From a virus, in IMG/VR virus record IMGVR_UViG_3300019776_000213, positions 1 to 64,000 of that record: a DNA stretch of 64,000 bases, one strand, 5' to 3'. Below the pieces are notes generated by a model that worked only from the letters and a program-made list of their open reading frames with translations, was not told the DNA's origin and searched no databases. The position numbers and the translations under genes are program-made. Below, piece by piece: positions 20,505 through 31,087 of the stretch; position 1 is the stretch's first letter; every line of letters begins with the position of its first letter.

Positions 20505-21206
20505 ATGGATAATACTAATAGATTTAAAGTAGGTGACACTATAAAAGTAATTAATGAAGGAAGCACTTACCCTATTTACGAGACTTGGGCAAAGGAATAT
20601 TCACTTGAGTATTGGGTATATAACAACACGCCGGAAAATAATGATGTTGGTATAATTAAAGTGTTAGCCCCTTTAATTTCTCATCCAGACATAATGCTTG
20701 CTGGAGTTTGTATTGATGGAAAGCAATACATCATTGGATTAGATGGAATTGAGCTTGTAGAGGATAACAATACAAAAGAGTTTAATATAGGAGATATGGT
20801 TGAGATAGTAGACCCAGATAATTCCTATTCATTTTATACACAATGGGCAAAGGAACGTGGTTTATCTGGGTTTGAATATGGCAAACGTCCTATTAAAAAT
20901 ATGATCGGACAAATTATTGCTAGAGGATTGCACACTGAGGATATTGATGTAGTATATGGTGTTAAAGTTGGAGACTCACATTTTGTTATGGACGGAGCTG
21001 GCTTGACATTGTTAACTTGTGGAAAAGCAACTCCAGAACAAGAAAAGCGTGTAAATGATTCTCTAGGACTTGGATCAATCACATTGAACATTTCAAAAGA
21101 AGTTCTTGATAAATACAAAATAAAAGCCTACGATAAACAGAGTAACCATGTGTATCTTATGCGTAAAGCTTTGGCAGAATATGTTGGAGTAGATATTGAT
21201 GAGTAA
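20505..21206 (+). CDS. Protein with two SH3-like repeats and C-terminal RHH-like segment
   Basis: FKVGD..Y.TWAKE and FNIGD..YTQWAKE repeats; ITLNISKEV..LMRKALAEYV. Confidence 0.55.
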   Translation: MDNTNRFKVGDTIKVINEGSTYPIYETWAKEYSLEYWVYNNTPENNDVGIIKVLAPLISHPDIMLAGVCIDGKQYIIGLDGIELVEDNNTKEFNIGDMVEIVDPDNSYSFYTQWAKERGLSGFEYGKRPIKNMIGQIIARGLHTEDIDVVYGVKVGDSHFVMDGAGLTLLTCGKATPEQEKRVNDSLGLGSITLNISKEVLDKYKIKAYDKQSNHVYLMRKALAEYVGVDIDE

Positions 21207-21750
21207 CCTTCCTTGGATATCTCATCCGCATGTTTGGAAAACTGAAGCTGAGTTCATTCAATGGGTCAGAGGAGGTCTTCGCAAGCTATGGGCTAATCAT
21301 CCAATCAGGATTGAGTTTAAGAAGAAGATGCAAGTGAAGATGAAGAATACAAATCCAAGAAGTATGAAAAGGTTTCCAGAAGTAAATGCTTGGGAGTGCA
21401 ATATTTGTCATTGTTTGTCTCAATCTCCGCAGATCGACCACAAATCAGATACGGGAGGAACTTTCAGATCAATAGATGACATTCAAGCTTATGCTGAATA
21501 TTTATACTTCGTTGATAACAATTCACTTCAGTGCTTATGCAAGCCATGTCATGATGTTGTTACATATAGTCAAAGACTTGGAATATCCTTTGACGAAGCT
21601 GCCAATGAGAAGTACATCATCAAGATCACTAAAGAAGAACCTGTAAAAGATATTCTTTACTTTCTTGAATGTTATGGGTATAATGATTGTACGTCTGCTG
21701 CAAAGAGGAAGAAAGCTTTGCAAGAGGTATTGAAAGAATATTGTTTATAA
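21196..21750 (+). CDS. HNH endonuclease
   Basis: CNIC...IDH...NSLQCLCKPCH. Confidence 0.75.
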   Translation: MMSNLPWISHPHVWKTEAEFIQWVRGGLRKLWANHPIRIEFKKKMQVKMKNTNPRSMKRFPEVNAWECNICHCLSQSPQIDHKSDTGGTFRSIDDIQAYAEYLYFVDNNSLQCLCKPCHDVVTYSQRLGISFDEAANEKYIIKITKEEPVKDILYFLECYGYNDCTSAAKRKKALQEVLKEYCL

Positions 21751-22372
21751 GGAGAAGATTATGATATTTGTTGATGGCACTATTGATGGTTCGTTTGTTT
21801 ATTATAACAATAACAGAGAAATAGAGGGTGTTCACATAGTTTCTGATGAAATTTTCTTCTGGAGTGGCTCAACTTACACAAGTGTTGATAGAATTTACAT
21901 AGGAGATATCCCTAACATGATTTTAGCTCTTCAAGCAGCTTATGATAACTATAAGAAAGATAACCCATGATATTCTGCTACAAGAAACCCGATGGAACAA
22001 TTGGTCAAGTGGAAGTGGAGCTAGACGAGAATTGTTCTTTTAAAGATGCTGTTGAGTTTATCAAAGATGGGCTTAACTTAAATAAGAAGGCTGTGTTGCT
22101 AGGGCTTGTGCAAGGAGGAAAACTATGCCAATGACAGCAAGAAAGTTGATTCAAACACTCCTTAAATTTGATAATCTTGATGATGAGGTTAAGATTGAGT
22201 ACTGTAAAATAGATTATGTACAGAAAATATATGGTAATGGTGAAGGTATATTCTTGATTCAAACTAAACAGAAATTTTACACTTTTGATGAGATGAATAT
22301 ACTAGTAGGAGAAGCTTATCAAGATGGTATAAATCATGCACTTGCTGGAGTTATAACTAATAAGGAGAAAGT

Positions 22373-23284
22373 ATGAATAAACACGATTGGCATCATCAAG
22401 CTGTAGCTTTAGCAAATACTAAGACGTTGAGCTGGAGGGATATTGCTAAGATGGTAGGTAAGAGTAAATCTACAGTGTCAGATTACTTGCGGAAGTATTA
22501 TAAGGAGTTGAGTGACGATACCGTTATGGATTGTTTGCAAATATTGAAAGAGAATATTCAAGATACTGTAAAAGATTTAAAAGGTATTGGATTGGTAAAA
22601 TATGAGAAAGTACCTGACAACTCTCGAATTCTATTTATCAGTGACATGCATATTCCATATCATCATAAAAACTTGATTCCATTTTTAAGATCGTTGAAAG
22701 AACGCTACAATCCAACACGTATTATTTGCTTGGGTGATGATTTAGATAAGCACGCTTTATCTTTCCATGACAGTGACCCAGATCTTATGAGTGCAGGTGA
22801 CGAACTTCGTGCAGCACTCCCAGTTATTAAAGAACTACATACATTGTTTCCTGAAATGGACTTGATTGACTCCAATCATGGAAGTATGGTATGGCGAAAA
22901 GCAAAGCATCACGGTATTCCTCGTCATTATATCAAAAGCTATAATGAAGTGCTTAACGTGGGCGATGGTTGGGTATGGCACAATGACCTTGTGATTGATT
23001 TACCAAATGGACAACAAGTGTATGTGCATCATGGTAAAACTAAGGACGCATTGAAGGTGTCTCAATCTATGGGAATGTCATTTGTGTGTGGGCACTTTCA
23101 TGAGGATTTTAGTATTAAATATTGGGCAAACCCAAATGGATTGTATTTCGCAATGAATAGTGGATGTTTGATTGATGATGAAAGCTACGCATTTGCTTAT
23201 AATAATGTGAACTTAAATCGCCCAATTATCGGCACAACATTGATTATTGACGGAGTACCAATCTTAGAGGCAATGCCTTTGTGA
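22373..23284 (+). CDS. Calcineurin-like metallophosphoesterase with N-terminal HTH
   Basis: SDMH, GDDLD, SNH, HHG, GHFH; WRDIAKMVGKSKSTVSDYLR. Confidence 0.85.
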   Translation: MNKHDWHHQAVALANTKTLSWRDIAKMVGKSKSTVSDYLRKYYKELSDDTVMDCLQILKENIQDTVKDLKGIGLVKYEKVPDNSRILFISDMHIPYHHKNLIPFLRSLKERYNPTRIICLGDDLDKHALSFHDSDPDLMSAGDELRAALPVIKELHTLFPEMDLIDSNHGSMVWRKAKHHGIPRHYIKSYNEVLNVGDGWVWHNDLVIDLPNGQQVYVHHGKTKDALKVSQSMGMSFVCGHFHEDFSIKYWANPNGLYFAMNSGCLIDDESYAFAYNNVNLNRPIIGTTLIIDGVPILEAMPL

Positions 23285-23772
23285 AAGGAAATAAAATGAC
23301 TGCTGAAGTTACTTTTGTAAGACGATGGGATTATTTTTGGGAGGCTGTTTATGTCAATGGTGTCTGCAAAACTCAAGGAGAAGGATTAGATGCTGAAACC
23401 GTATTAGAAGAATTATCAAAACTTGGAATTATCAATTTAAAAACTTTGATATCTACTCCGTCAACAGCAGGCTTGTACCCAAATAATGTAGAAGATGTAA
23501 TAGAGCATAAGTGGAAGTAATATGAACACCACTCAATTCCAGCATTACAGCCTTCCATTGATCATAGGCTTGAGAAGTAATGGTCAGGTAGGCTTAGTAC
23601 CTACCAACCAATTTAAAACGATTATAGACGATTCTGGAGGCTTTACAAGCATGTTTGACATTGAAGGATTTACTATCAATAGTATTGATTATGAGTATCA
23701 AGTATGGTATAATTGCGATTCAGACTTGGAGACTTGGTTGAAGGCTCAGAATATTAGTTTAGGAGGATTTAT

Positions 23773-24261
23773 ATGAGTAAAGTAGTGGGTTATGCAGAGA
23801 AAAGTATGTCACGAATTAAAATGTTTAATGAGCTTTGTGGCAACTTAGAGAATGTTGATCGTAATGTTATTGCTGGACAACTGGATCGTATTCAAGAAGA
23901 ATATATCGAACTTGTTGAAGAACTTGACTTACTCAGAGATGAAGCAATGCTAAAAGAGACTATAGATTTACATGTTGCTGTAGGAGGATTGTTAGTGATG
24001 TTTGAAGCGGCAGGGTTTAAAGTGGCAGAAGCTATGGAACGTGTAGATTTAAACAACCTAAGCAAGTACCCTAAGTTTGGTGACCCAACCCTTCCAATCA
24101 TTGTAGCTGATGCAGAAAGTAAAGGATACACTGTAACAGCCCATAGTGGGTATGGTGTATATTCATTAAAAGATAGCAATAATAAAGTACGCAAGCCAAT
24201 CACATATAAATCAGTAGAAATTAGTGATTGTGCTGTAGCAGGATTCTTGGAGGCATCATGA
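23773..24261 (+). CDS. MazG/NTP-PPase-like pyrophosphohydrolase
   Basis: IQEEYIEL..KETID..ERVDLNNLSK..KVRKP. Confidence 0.75.
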   Translation: MSKVVGYAEKSMSRIKMFNELCGNLENVDRNVIAGQLDRIQEEYIELVEELDLLRDEAMLKETIDLHVAVGGLLVMFEAAGFKVAEAMERVDLNNLSKYPKFGDPTLPIIVADAESKGYTVTAHSGYGVYSLKDSNNKVRKPITYKSVEISDCAVAGFLEAS

Positions 24262-24436
24262 ACCATTATATTTATAAAGTATACATTCGAGCAGGTAAGT
24301 TTGAAGATCACAAAGCAGCTATGGCACACATTGAAGATGCCTTATCTCGACTAGTAGACGATGAATGGATAGGAGATTATGAAGTATTAGCAATGTATGA
24401 AGATGAATATAAAGAATTTGATTAAGGAGACAATGT

Positions 24437-24970
24437 ATGATTAGTATTTCATTTTCAGATATGCTGTTAGTGGATGAGTTTAAAGGACTACGAGAGATTG
24501 ATCTTTTACCAGTAGAGATAGATAGTAAAGTATTGCCATATTTATATGAAGTTGGTATGGATACTAATAAAGGTTATCAAGTAGTAGTTAATAAGCATCG
24601 TAATAAGCAGAATAAGATTGTCATAGGATTCTTGTGGGCTGGAGAGATTCGTATTGACAGTGCTTTTAGAGAGAGTCCTTTCTGTTCAGCAACAGATAGA
24701 ATCATTATGAGTAGTAAGAAAGACTTCTCATTAACACAAGAGCTATGTCAATTACAAGGTGGAGGGTTGAATTATTCTAAGTTTAGCTCAGAAGAAGATG
24801 AACGTGATGAGAAGGATTATTTAGAACTTGAATTGTATGAGAAGGACTATGTAGAAGTTAGCAGCTATTTGAAGACTTTAGAAGATGTTATCTTTAATGT
24901 CCGAGGAAGCCCTTATAACGAGTGGGGAAGTTTGAAGACTTTAGAGCAATATTTAGAAAGCGTTAAATAG
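24437..24970 (+). CDS. Hypothetical phage protein
   Basis: 177-aa ORF with TAAGGAGA SD. Confidence 0.7.
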   Translation: MISISFSDMLLVDEFKGLREIDLLPVEIDSKVLPYLYEVGMDTNKGYQVVVNKHRNKQNKIVIGFLWAGEIRIDSAFRESPFCSATDRIIMSSKKDFSLTQELCQLQGGGLNYSKFSSEEDERDEKDYLELELYEKDYVEVSSYLKTLEDVIFNVRGSPYNEWGSLKTLEQYLESVK

Positions 24971-25036
24971 TTATTGATTTATTTGGAAAAGGTGATATAA
25001 TAGTTGCCTTTTCTAACTTATAATAAGAGAGGTAAT

Positions 25037-26029
25037 ATGGCAAAGTTACGAGAACCTACAGAAAGTTTTACAATTAAGTACCCTAAGCTGGTTGAGTATG
25101 CTGATCTACAACTAAATGAATTTTACTGGAAATGGGCTGAGATACAAGTACATAAAGATAAACACCAGTTTATGACAGAACTTACAGAAGCTGAGAAACA
25201 TGCTATTCTTACAGCAGCTAAGTTATTTGTAAAGTATGAAAGCTTTGTTGGCAATGAATTCTGGATGAATCGGGTGATGAAGATGTTTCCACGACCAGAA
25301 GTCGAGCGTTTATCAGCAACATTTGGTATGGTTGAATTGTCAATTCATAGTCCATTTTATCAAGCCTTGAATACACAACTTGGATTAGATACGGATGAGT
25401 TTTGGGAAAGCTATATTGATGACCCCGTATTGAAAGAACGTATGGAGTTTCTAAATAGCTTTGTTGATAGTAATGATGACAGATTATCACTTGCTGTGTT
25501 TAGTATGATGGAAGGAGCTATTCTATTTTCAAGTTTTGCATTGTTTAAATCATTTAATAGCAATGGTCATAACTTGTTAGTAAACTTTGGTGCAGGGATT
25601 AATCAATCCGCCTTAGATGAGAATTTACATCATGAAGCTGGGGCATTTCTATTCCGTCAAGATTTGAAAGAGTCAAAGTTGAGTAAAGAGCAGAAAGATA
25701 GACTGTTTGCTAGAATTAAAGATGCTGCACTGATGTTATATAAGCATGAAGATGCAATCATTGAGAAGTTTCATGAGAAAGGCAATTTGCGAGGAATCAC
25801 TAAAGAACAATTTAAAACATTCATTAAGTCACGTATCAATCTTTGTTTGAATAACTTTGGAATTGAAAGTATATTTGATATAGCTGGTGAAGATAATCCT
25901 GTTGAGAAATGGTTTGGTGACAAGATTAAGGGATATATTGCTAACGATTTCTTTGCGTCTCTTGGAAGAGAATACAGTACACGGTTTGCAGAAAATAAGT
26001 ATGGCTGGACAGTAAAGGAGCAAGCATGA
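25037..26029 (+). CDS. nrdB: Ribonucleotide reductase class I beta subunit
   Basis: W..AEI, ELSIHSPFY, EGAILFSSF, DENLH, DFF; promoter TTGATT-16-TATAAT at 24974-25001. Confidence 0.92.
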   Translation: MAKLREPTESFTIKYPKLVEYADLQLNEFYWKWAEIQVHKDKHQFMTELTEAEKHAILTAAKLFVKYESFVGNEFWMNRVMKMFPRPEVERLSATFGMVELSIHSPFYQALNTQLGLDTDEFWESYIDDPVLKERMEFLNSFVDSNDDRLSLAVFSMMEGAILFSSFALFKSFNSNGHNLLVNFGAGINQSALDENLHHEAGAFLFRQDLKESKLSKEQKDRLFARIKDAALMLYKHEDAIIEKFHEKGNLRGITKEQFKTFIKSRINLCLNNFGIESIFDIAGEDNPVEKWFGDKIKGYIANDFFASLGREYSTRFAENKYGWTVKEQA

Positions 26030-27801
26030 GTAAAAAGAAAGAATTAGATTACGAAGACTATTCAGAACTACGGAAGCAAGGTCATAAAGATGGAACAATC
26101 CCTGAATGGATGCAAAGTGCTGGAGTCCAAATGTTTATGAAGAAGTATTTGTATCAAGCTGGCACTCCTAAAGAGCAGTTTGAGCGTATTGCTAAAACAT
26201 TGTCTAGTTATGCCCCTATCATGGCAAGTCCTAGTGATACAGTATGGTTAATGAAAGATAAACAAAGTTTTAAAGATTATTGGTACAGTAAATTCTTTGA
26301 TGTATTGTGGAAAGGATATTTAGCTTGCTCTACACCATTACTTGCCAATACTGGAACAGATCGTGGATTGCCTGTGTCATGCTCAGGCGGTATTCCTGTA
26401 GAAGACAGTGTGTTGGGATTTAGTAAGGCAGCGAAAGAAGTAGCAATGCTTACTAAACACGGATTTGGCTGTGCTGTTGATCTAAGTAACATTCGTCCTC
26501 GTGGAAGTGAATTTAAAGGTGGTGGTAAGGCTGGAGGTGTTCTTCCTGTTGCTGAGTGGATGGATTTTGTAACTACTAATGTTTCTCAGGGCGCAGCGCG
26601 CAGAGGCGCAGTAGCGGTGTATTTGGACATACATCATAAAGATTTCTACGAACTAGCCGAGTATTTACAACATAACCCAGACAAGCTTAATGTTGGATGG
26701 AAGGTAAATGCAAAGTTCATTGAGAAGTTAGAAGCTGGTAACAAGGAAGCTAATAAACGGTTTGCTAAAGCCTTATATGTAAAATCTGTCACAGGTAAAG
26801 GTTATTTCAGCTTTACAGATAAAGCAGAGAAACTTAAACCTGAAGCATACGTAAAAAATAATTTATCAGTGTCTGCTCCTCAGCTCTGCAATGAGGTTTT
26901 CCTACATTCAGATAAAGACCATACTTACACTTGCGTATTAGCTTGGATGAATTTGAGCAAGTACAATGAATGGAAAGATACTGATGCTGTGTTTGTTGCA
27001 ACAGTGTTATTAGATTGTGTTGTATCTTATTTCTTAGATCAAGCCAAGAATATTGAAGGGCTTGAAAAAGCTGTTAGAATGACTGAAAAAGGTCGTGCTA
27101 TTGGCTTAGGTGCTGGAGGATTACACACTCTCTTTCAACAAGAAGGATTAGCGTTTGAGTCTCCTGAAGCTTACCTGTTGAATAAATATATTTTCGAGAA
27201 GATTGATAAAGAGTCTTTAGAAGCGTCTAAAGCATTAGCCGAAGTAGAAGGTGAACCAGAATGGTGTAAAGGTCTTGGTATTCGATTTACTCACCGTATG
27301 GCAATAGCACCAACAAAGAGTACAGCACTTATTTATGGAGGTATTTCTGAAGGTATCAATCCTGATGTTGCTTATAGCTTCACACAAAGTACAGCAGCAG
27401 GAGAAGTAGCTCGTGTTATGCCAACATTACTAAGTTTAATTAAGAGTAAAGGTTTGAATGTTGAAGCTTGCATTGCTGATGTTGAGAAAGCTAAAGGGTC
27501 AGTTCAAGGAGTTTCTTGGTTGACTTCTGAAGAAAAGGTTGTATTTAAAACTGGCTTTGAAATTCCTCAAGAGGCTATTCTTCGTTTAGCAGGTAGCCGT
27601 CAGCGTTATATTGACCAAGGACAATCACTTAACTTGTTTATTGACAAGCGACATAATGAAGAGTATATTTCATATATTCATCAGATTGCTTTCAGAGACC
27701 CATATATCAAAGGATTGTACTATATGATTGGTAAGCGTGAAGGTGATGCAGAGGAATCCTCAGTAGTTGATGAACCAGTACAGTGCGACTCATGCCAGTA
27801 A
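26026..27801 (+). CDS. nrdA: Ribonucleotide reductase class I alpha subunit (no ATP cone)
   Basis: STPLLAN, PVSC, RRGA, LCNE, CVL, RAIGLG, APTKST, DQGQSLNL, GLYY, C-terminal CDSC. Confidence 0.93.
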   Translation: MSKKKELDYEDYSELRKQGHKDGTIPEWMQSAGVQMFMKKYLYQAGTPKEQFERIAKTLSSYAPIMASPSDTVWLMKDKQSFKDYWYSKFFDVLWKGYLACSTPLLANTGTDRGLPVSCSGGIPVEDSVLGFSKAAKEVAMLTKHGFGCAVDLSNIRPRGSEFKGGGKAGGVLPVAEWMDFVTTNVSQGAARRGAVAVYLDIHHKDFYELAEYLQHNPDKLNVGWKVNAKFIEKLEAGNKEANKRFAKALYVKSVTGKGYFSFTDKAEKLKPEAYVKNNLSVSAPQLCNEVFLHSDKDHTYTCVLAWMNLSKYNEWKDTDAVFVATVLLDCVVSYFLDQAKNIEGLEKAVRMTEKGRAIGLGAGGLHTLFQQEGLAFESPEAYLLNKYIFEKIDKESLEASKALAEVEGEPEWCKGLGIRFTHRMAIAPTKSTALIYGGISEGINPDVAYSFTQSTAAGEVARVMPTLLSLIKSKGLNVEACIADVEKAKGSVQGVSWLTSEEKVVFKTGFEIPQEAILRLAGSRQRYIDQGQSLNLFIDKRHNEEYISYIHQIAFRDPYIKGLYYMIGKREGDAEESSVVDEPVQCDSCQ

Positions 27802-27815
27802 CTTAAAGGAGAATT

Positions 27816-28043
27816 ATGTTAACAGTATTCAGTAAGAACAATTGTAGTGCTTGTGAATCTGCAAAAGCTTTGTTAAAATCTAGAGGTATTGAGTTTGAAG
27901 TTCGTAATGTTGATGAAGACTTTGATGCTTTTGACTTCATTGTTGAACAAGGTCTAAGGTCATTTCCACAGATATTTGAAGGTAACAAACTGTATGTAAT
28001 GGGTGGTTTTAAAGGACTACAAGAAAAGCTTAGTAATAATTAA
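27816..28043 (+). CDS. Glutaredoxin/NrdH-like redoxin
   Basis: CSAC, RSFPQIF, GGF; follows nrdA. Confidence 0.88.
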   Translation: MLTVFSKNNCSACESAKALLKSRGIEFEVRNVDEDFDAFDFIVEQGLRSFPQIFEGNKLYVMGGFKGLQEKLSNN

Positions 28044-28046
28044 AGC

Positions 28047-28090
28047 TTGACAAACAAAGTGTAGAGGTCTAATATAGAGGCTTCTACACT
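28047..28090 (+). promoter_or_regulatory. Sigma70-type promoter with -10 in a hairpin loop
   Basis: TTGACA-17-TAATAT; arms AGTGTAGAGGTCT/AGGCTTCTACACT. Confidence 0.7.
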
Positions 28091-29058
28091 ATTTAAGGAG
28101 AGAACCATGTGGACATTGGTATTTGTATTTGCTAATTCTGTGTCTAATGTAGCAGCACCTTCAACAATCATTATTCCAGCTTTCAAGAGTAAAGAAGCTT
28201 GTATGTCAGCACAACAATCATTGATAGATCAAGCTAAGGTTCGACAGCATGTTATAAGAATGAACCTATGTGTAAAAGGCGACTAACATGAAATGGCATG
28301 GACGCTTCATAAACACTAAAGAATACCGTAAAAGTAAGCATTCAAAGCGAACTATTTACAGGTGGGAATTGTCAGAGTGTGGACAATGGGTTATTATCTC
28401 TACAAATGATATTGACTCAGCTAAAGTAGTAATGCATCAAAGTGAGTTTGCAAGAAATGTAAACTTGAAGTTATTTAGGTACACTGATAAAGATATGCCT
28501 AGATATGTTTTTAAATAACAAGGAGAGAATTATGAAAACTTTACGAGAATTGTTAATTGAGTATAACCAAGCTGAAGATTATGATATTGACGATGGTAGC
28601 CTAGAAGAAACACTGCGAGAGTGTTTTGATGTTGCATGGGAAGGAAGTGATAGAGAACATCGCTGGCGTATTGATTACGATGTTGTAGTGAAAATTCCAG
28701 ACGGATGTTTATCACGCTTCTTTAAATTTACATCTTGTAAAGGTACTAATGATAATAGTTGGGAAGATGCTGGGTATGTTTTTGAAGGAATTGATAATGT
28801 TGTAGAAGTTTACCCTAAGGCCGTAACAAAGATTATCTATACAACAGAGGAGGAATAGACATGAAATACTATAAAATCAGTGAAGATGAATTGTTGAGTT
28901 TGCTTAAAGAATCTCGACAGTTGTACTCATTAGAGCGTGCTGGAGTAGATAATTGGGAAGGGTACGATGAGAGATGGGAGTATCTTGAAGATTACGAAGA
29001 ACCAAGTCTTGAAAGCATTGCAGAAGAATATGAAGAAATTAATCAATAAGGAGAAAGC

Positions 29059-29436
29059 ATGACAACAAACATTAAATCAGCAGCAAATGAAATTGAATCT
29101 AAAGTACGAGTAATTAATCAGAAGCAAGAACTCTTGAAAGATTATATTGAGCAACTAGAAGCTGTGCAATCTATTGATGAACAAATTAAAGAGCTTCAAG
29201 AGAAACGTAAGGCAGTAGTAGCTGCTGATGTAGAATGTGCAGCTTTAGCAGAGGAGATTAAAGCTCTTGGTAAGGAGCTTACTCAAGCTGCTAAGTTTGC
29301 TGCTAAGAACACATCATTCAAACCTGCTGTAGTGAAGGCTTTCTTTAAAGCTAAAGTGGAGAGTGATGATAAGGTGGAAGCTGTGAAGAAAAAAGGTGCA
29401 GATTTTGCATTCTTAGAATCAGAAGTACAATCTTAA
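29059..29436 (+). CDS. Coiled-coil protein, possibly GapR/T4 DsbA-like DNA-binding protein
   Basis: Long helix then AKNTSFKPAVVKAFFKAK. Confidence 0.35.
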   Translation: MTTNIKSAANEIESKVRVINQKQELLKDYIEQLEAVQSIDEQIKELQEKRKAVVAADVECAALAEEIKALGKELTQAAKFAAKNTSFKPAVVKAFFKAKVESDDKVEAVKKKGADFAFLESEVQS

Positions 29437-29460
29437 TTAACAACCCTGAAAGGAAACAAC

Positions 29461-29715
29461 ATGAACTATCTTACAATTTTGAAACTTATCATTCAACTTC
29501 TCCCACTTGTATTAGATACCGTGAAAGCAGCAGAAGCTGCAATCCCCCAATCTGGTGCAGGAGCTGCTAAACTCTTGTTTGTTAAAGAGCTGTTGACAAG
29601 CACTGTAGAGATTAGCACAGACATTGACAAAGCAGCATATTCTTCAGCCATTGAGAAAGTTATCAGCCTTGCTGTAGCTTTGTTTAATAAGACTGGTGTG
29701 TTTGCCAAAGCATAG
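29461..29715 (+). CDS. Hypothetical amphipathic protein
   Basis: 84 aa, AAGGAAA SD. Confidence 0.6.
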   Translation: MNYLTILKLIIQLLPLVLDTVKAAEAAIPQSGAGAAKLLFVKELLTSTVEISTDIDKAAYSSAIEKVISLAVALFNKTGVFAKA

Positions 29716-29736
29716 CATTCTATAAAGCATAATAAC

Positions 29737-29771
29737 AAAAAGAGGGAGACTACCATTAAAGTAGCTCCCTC
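29737..29771 (-). terminator. Terminator at convergence of plus and minus gene blocks
   Basis: GAGGGAGCTAC..GTAGTCTCCCTC followed by T-run on minus strand. Confidence 0.75.
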
Positions 29772-29864
29772 ATAAAAGCGGATTATTCCGCTGCATGTCA
29801 GCTCTCTCAGAGCTAATTGATACAAGTGTATTGGTATTGTAATATCACTCGTGTTCTTAAATAC

Positions 29865-30290
29865 TCAATGGTCTGTAAATAGCTTACGTCTTGATTCCAT
29901 GTCTGCCAAAGCTGATTCCAACTGTTCTTTTGTGTAGGCTGGAGCGTTAGGGTCTGTTTGCAAGCTTCCTTTTGCAGACTCATTGAGTAGTGTAGGTTGT
30001 ATTGCTGGCAAAGCTTCTGATACGTCTGATTTTGCTGGCAATCCCACTTTCTTGCTTGTGGTGATAGTGAGGATGACATTGACAATGGTGATAAAACCAC
30101 CGCCAATAGAAATAGCCATATCTTGATCAATTGGAAGGTCATAACCAAAAGCCTTTGCAAGAGCTACAATGGAAAGGATAATACCTGCTAAGATGTTAGC
30201 TGTAATCTGCTTATTCTTCCAGCTATCAGGGTTAGCTACTTCTTGTCCTTTGCGGAATAAATCATAAAATAGTTTTAGTTTCTCAAACAT
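29865..30290 (-). CDS. Putative holin-like 2-TM protein
   Basis: Two TM helices, next to endolysin. Confidence 0.5.
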   Translation of the reverse strand: MFEKLKLFYDLFRKGQEVANPDSWKNKQITANILAGIILSIVALAKAFGYDLPIDQDMAISIGGGFITIVNVILTITTSKKVGLPAKSDVSEALPAIQPTLLNESAKGSLQTDPNAPAYTKEQLESALADMESRRKLFTDH

Positions 30291-30299
30291 AATAGTTCC

Positions 30300-30743
30300 T
30301 TATTTTAATCCTTTAGAGTATGAAGCAACTCCGTTAGTGAATGTTGCTGTCAATACTTCCCTTCTTTGAGGCTTATCTGTACACAAGCCTAAGTGAATCC
30401 AATTTCCTTCGTAGATTATTTGGTGGAATTGAATATCACTCTCCACAATAGCTTTTACAATATCTTTTAACTGTAACGATGGTATTGTAAAGTCTGCTGC
30501 CAATCCAAGCTTATGAGCGCTGTTTTCAGCCCCTCCAACAGCTTTATTCAACATAGGACATCTATACCCACTAGAGATTACCAAAGGCTTGTTAAACAGC
30601 TTTCTGACGGCTTCTAGGGTATTTGCAAGAACATATAGATTACCAAGAACACTCGGACTTGGTGTGTTGTCAATGTTGTGACGTGTTGCATACTGAGATG
30701 CTGTAAGTTCTTCAAGTGTAAAGTGTTCTGATAATTTAGTCAT
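30300..30743 (-). CDS. Endolysin, peptidase M15A family
   Basis: LSEHFTLEEL, SSGYRC..LN..VGG..NSAH..GLAAD, WIH. Confidence 0.9.
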   Translation of the reverse strand: MTKLSEHFTLEELTASQYATRHNIDNTPSPSVLGNLYVLANTLEAVRKLFNKPLVISSGYRCPMLNKAVGGAENSAHKLGLAADFTIPSLQLKDIVKAIVESDIQFHQIIYEGNWIHLGLCTDKPQRREVLTATFTNGVASYSKGLK

Positions 30744-31087
30744 TTCTTTATATTCTCCAACATCTTAATAATGATAGTCATCTGCTGAGTAACATTCTGC
30801 TCAAGCTTCTCCATCTTGTCACTAAGACGCTTTTCCATTGTTTCTAATTCGTGTTGATGGCGAGCTTCTATCTTAGATACTAACTTCTCATTATCTGCTC
30901 GGAGATATGTGAGTTCGTTGCTCCAGCGTTGCTCAGTTTCTTTCACACGCTCCGTATCAGCTTTAAGCTTGATAGCGTCTGATTGAGCCTTGCTCTCTTC
31001 ACGTAATAATTTCCACACTACTCCTAACAGCGAACCTAGTAGTCCTAAGAAGCCTGTTAGTAGCCACATCCAAACTTCTGTAGGCAT
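30740..31087 (-). CDS. Single-TM coiled-coil lysis-cassette protein
   Basis: N-terminal TM then coiled coil; SD AAAGGAAAG before ATG 31087. Confidence 0.55.
   Translation of the reverse strand: MPTEVWMWLLTGFLGLLGSLLGVVWKLLREESKAQSDAIKLKADTERVKETEQRWSNELTYLRADNEKLVSKIEARHQHELETMEKRLSDKMEKLEQNVTQQMTIIIKMLENIKK

Noticed and set aside
11059-27801. Introns or inteins in polymerase, nrdA, nrdB
   Set aside because: Frames are continuous and of normal length; endonucleases are free-standing
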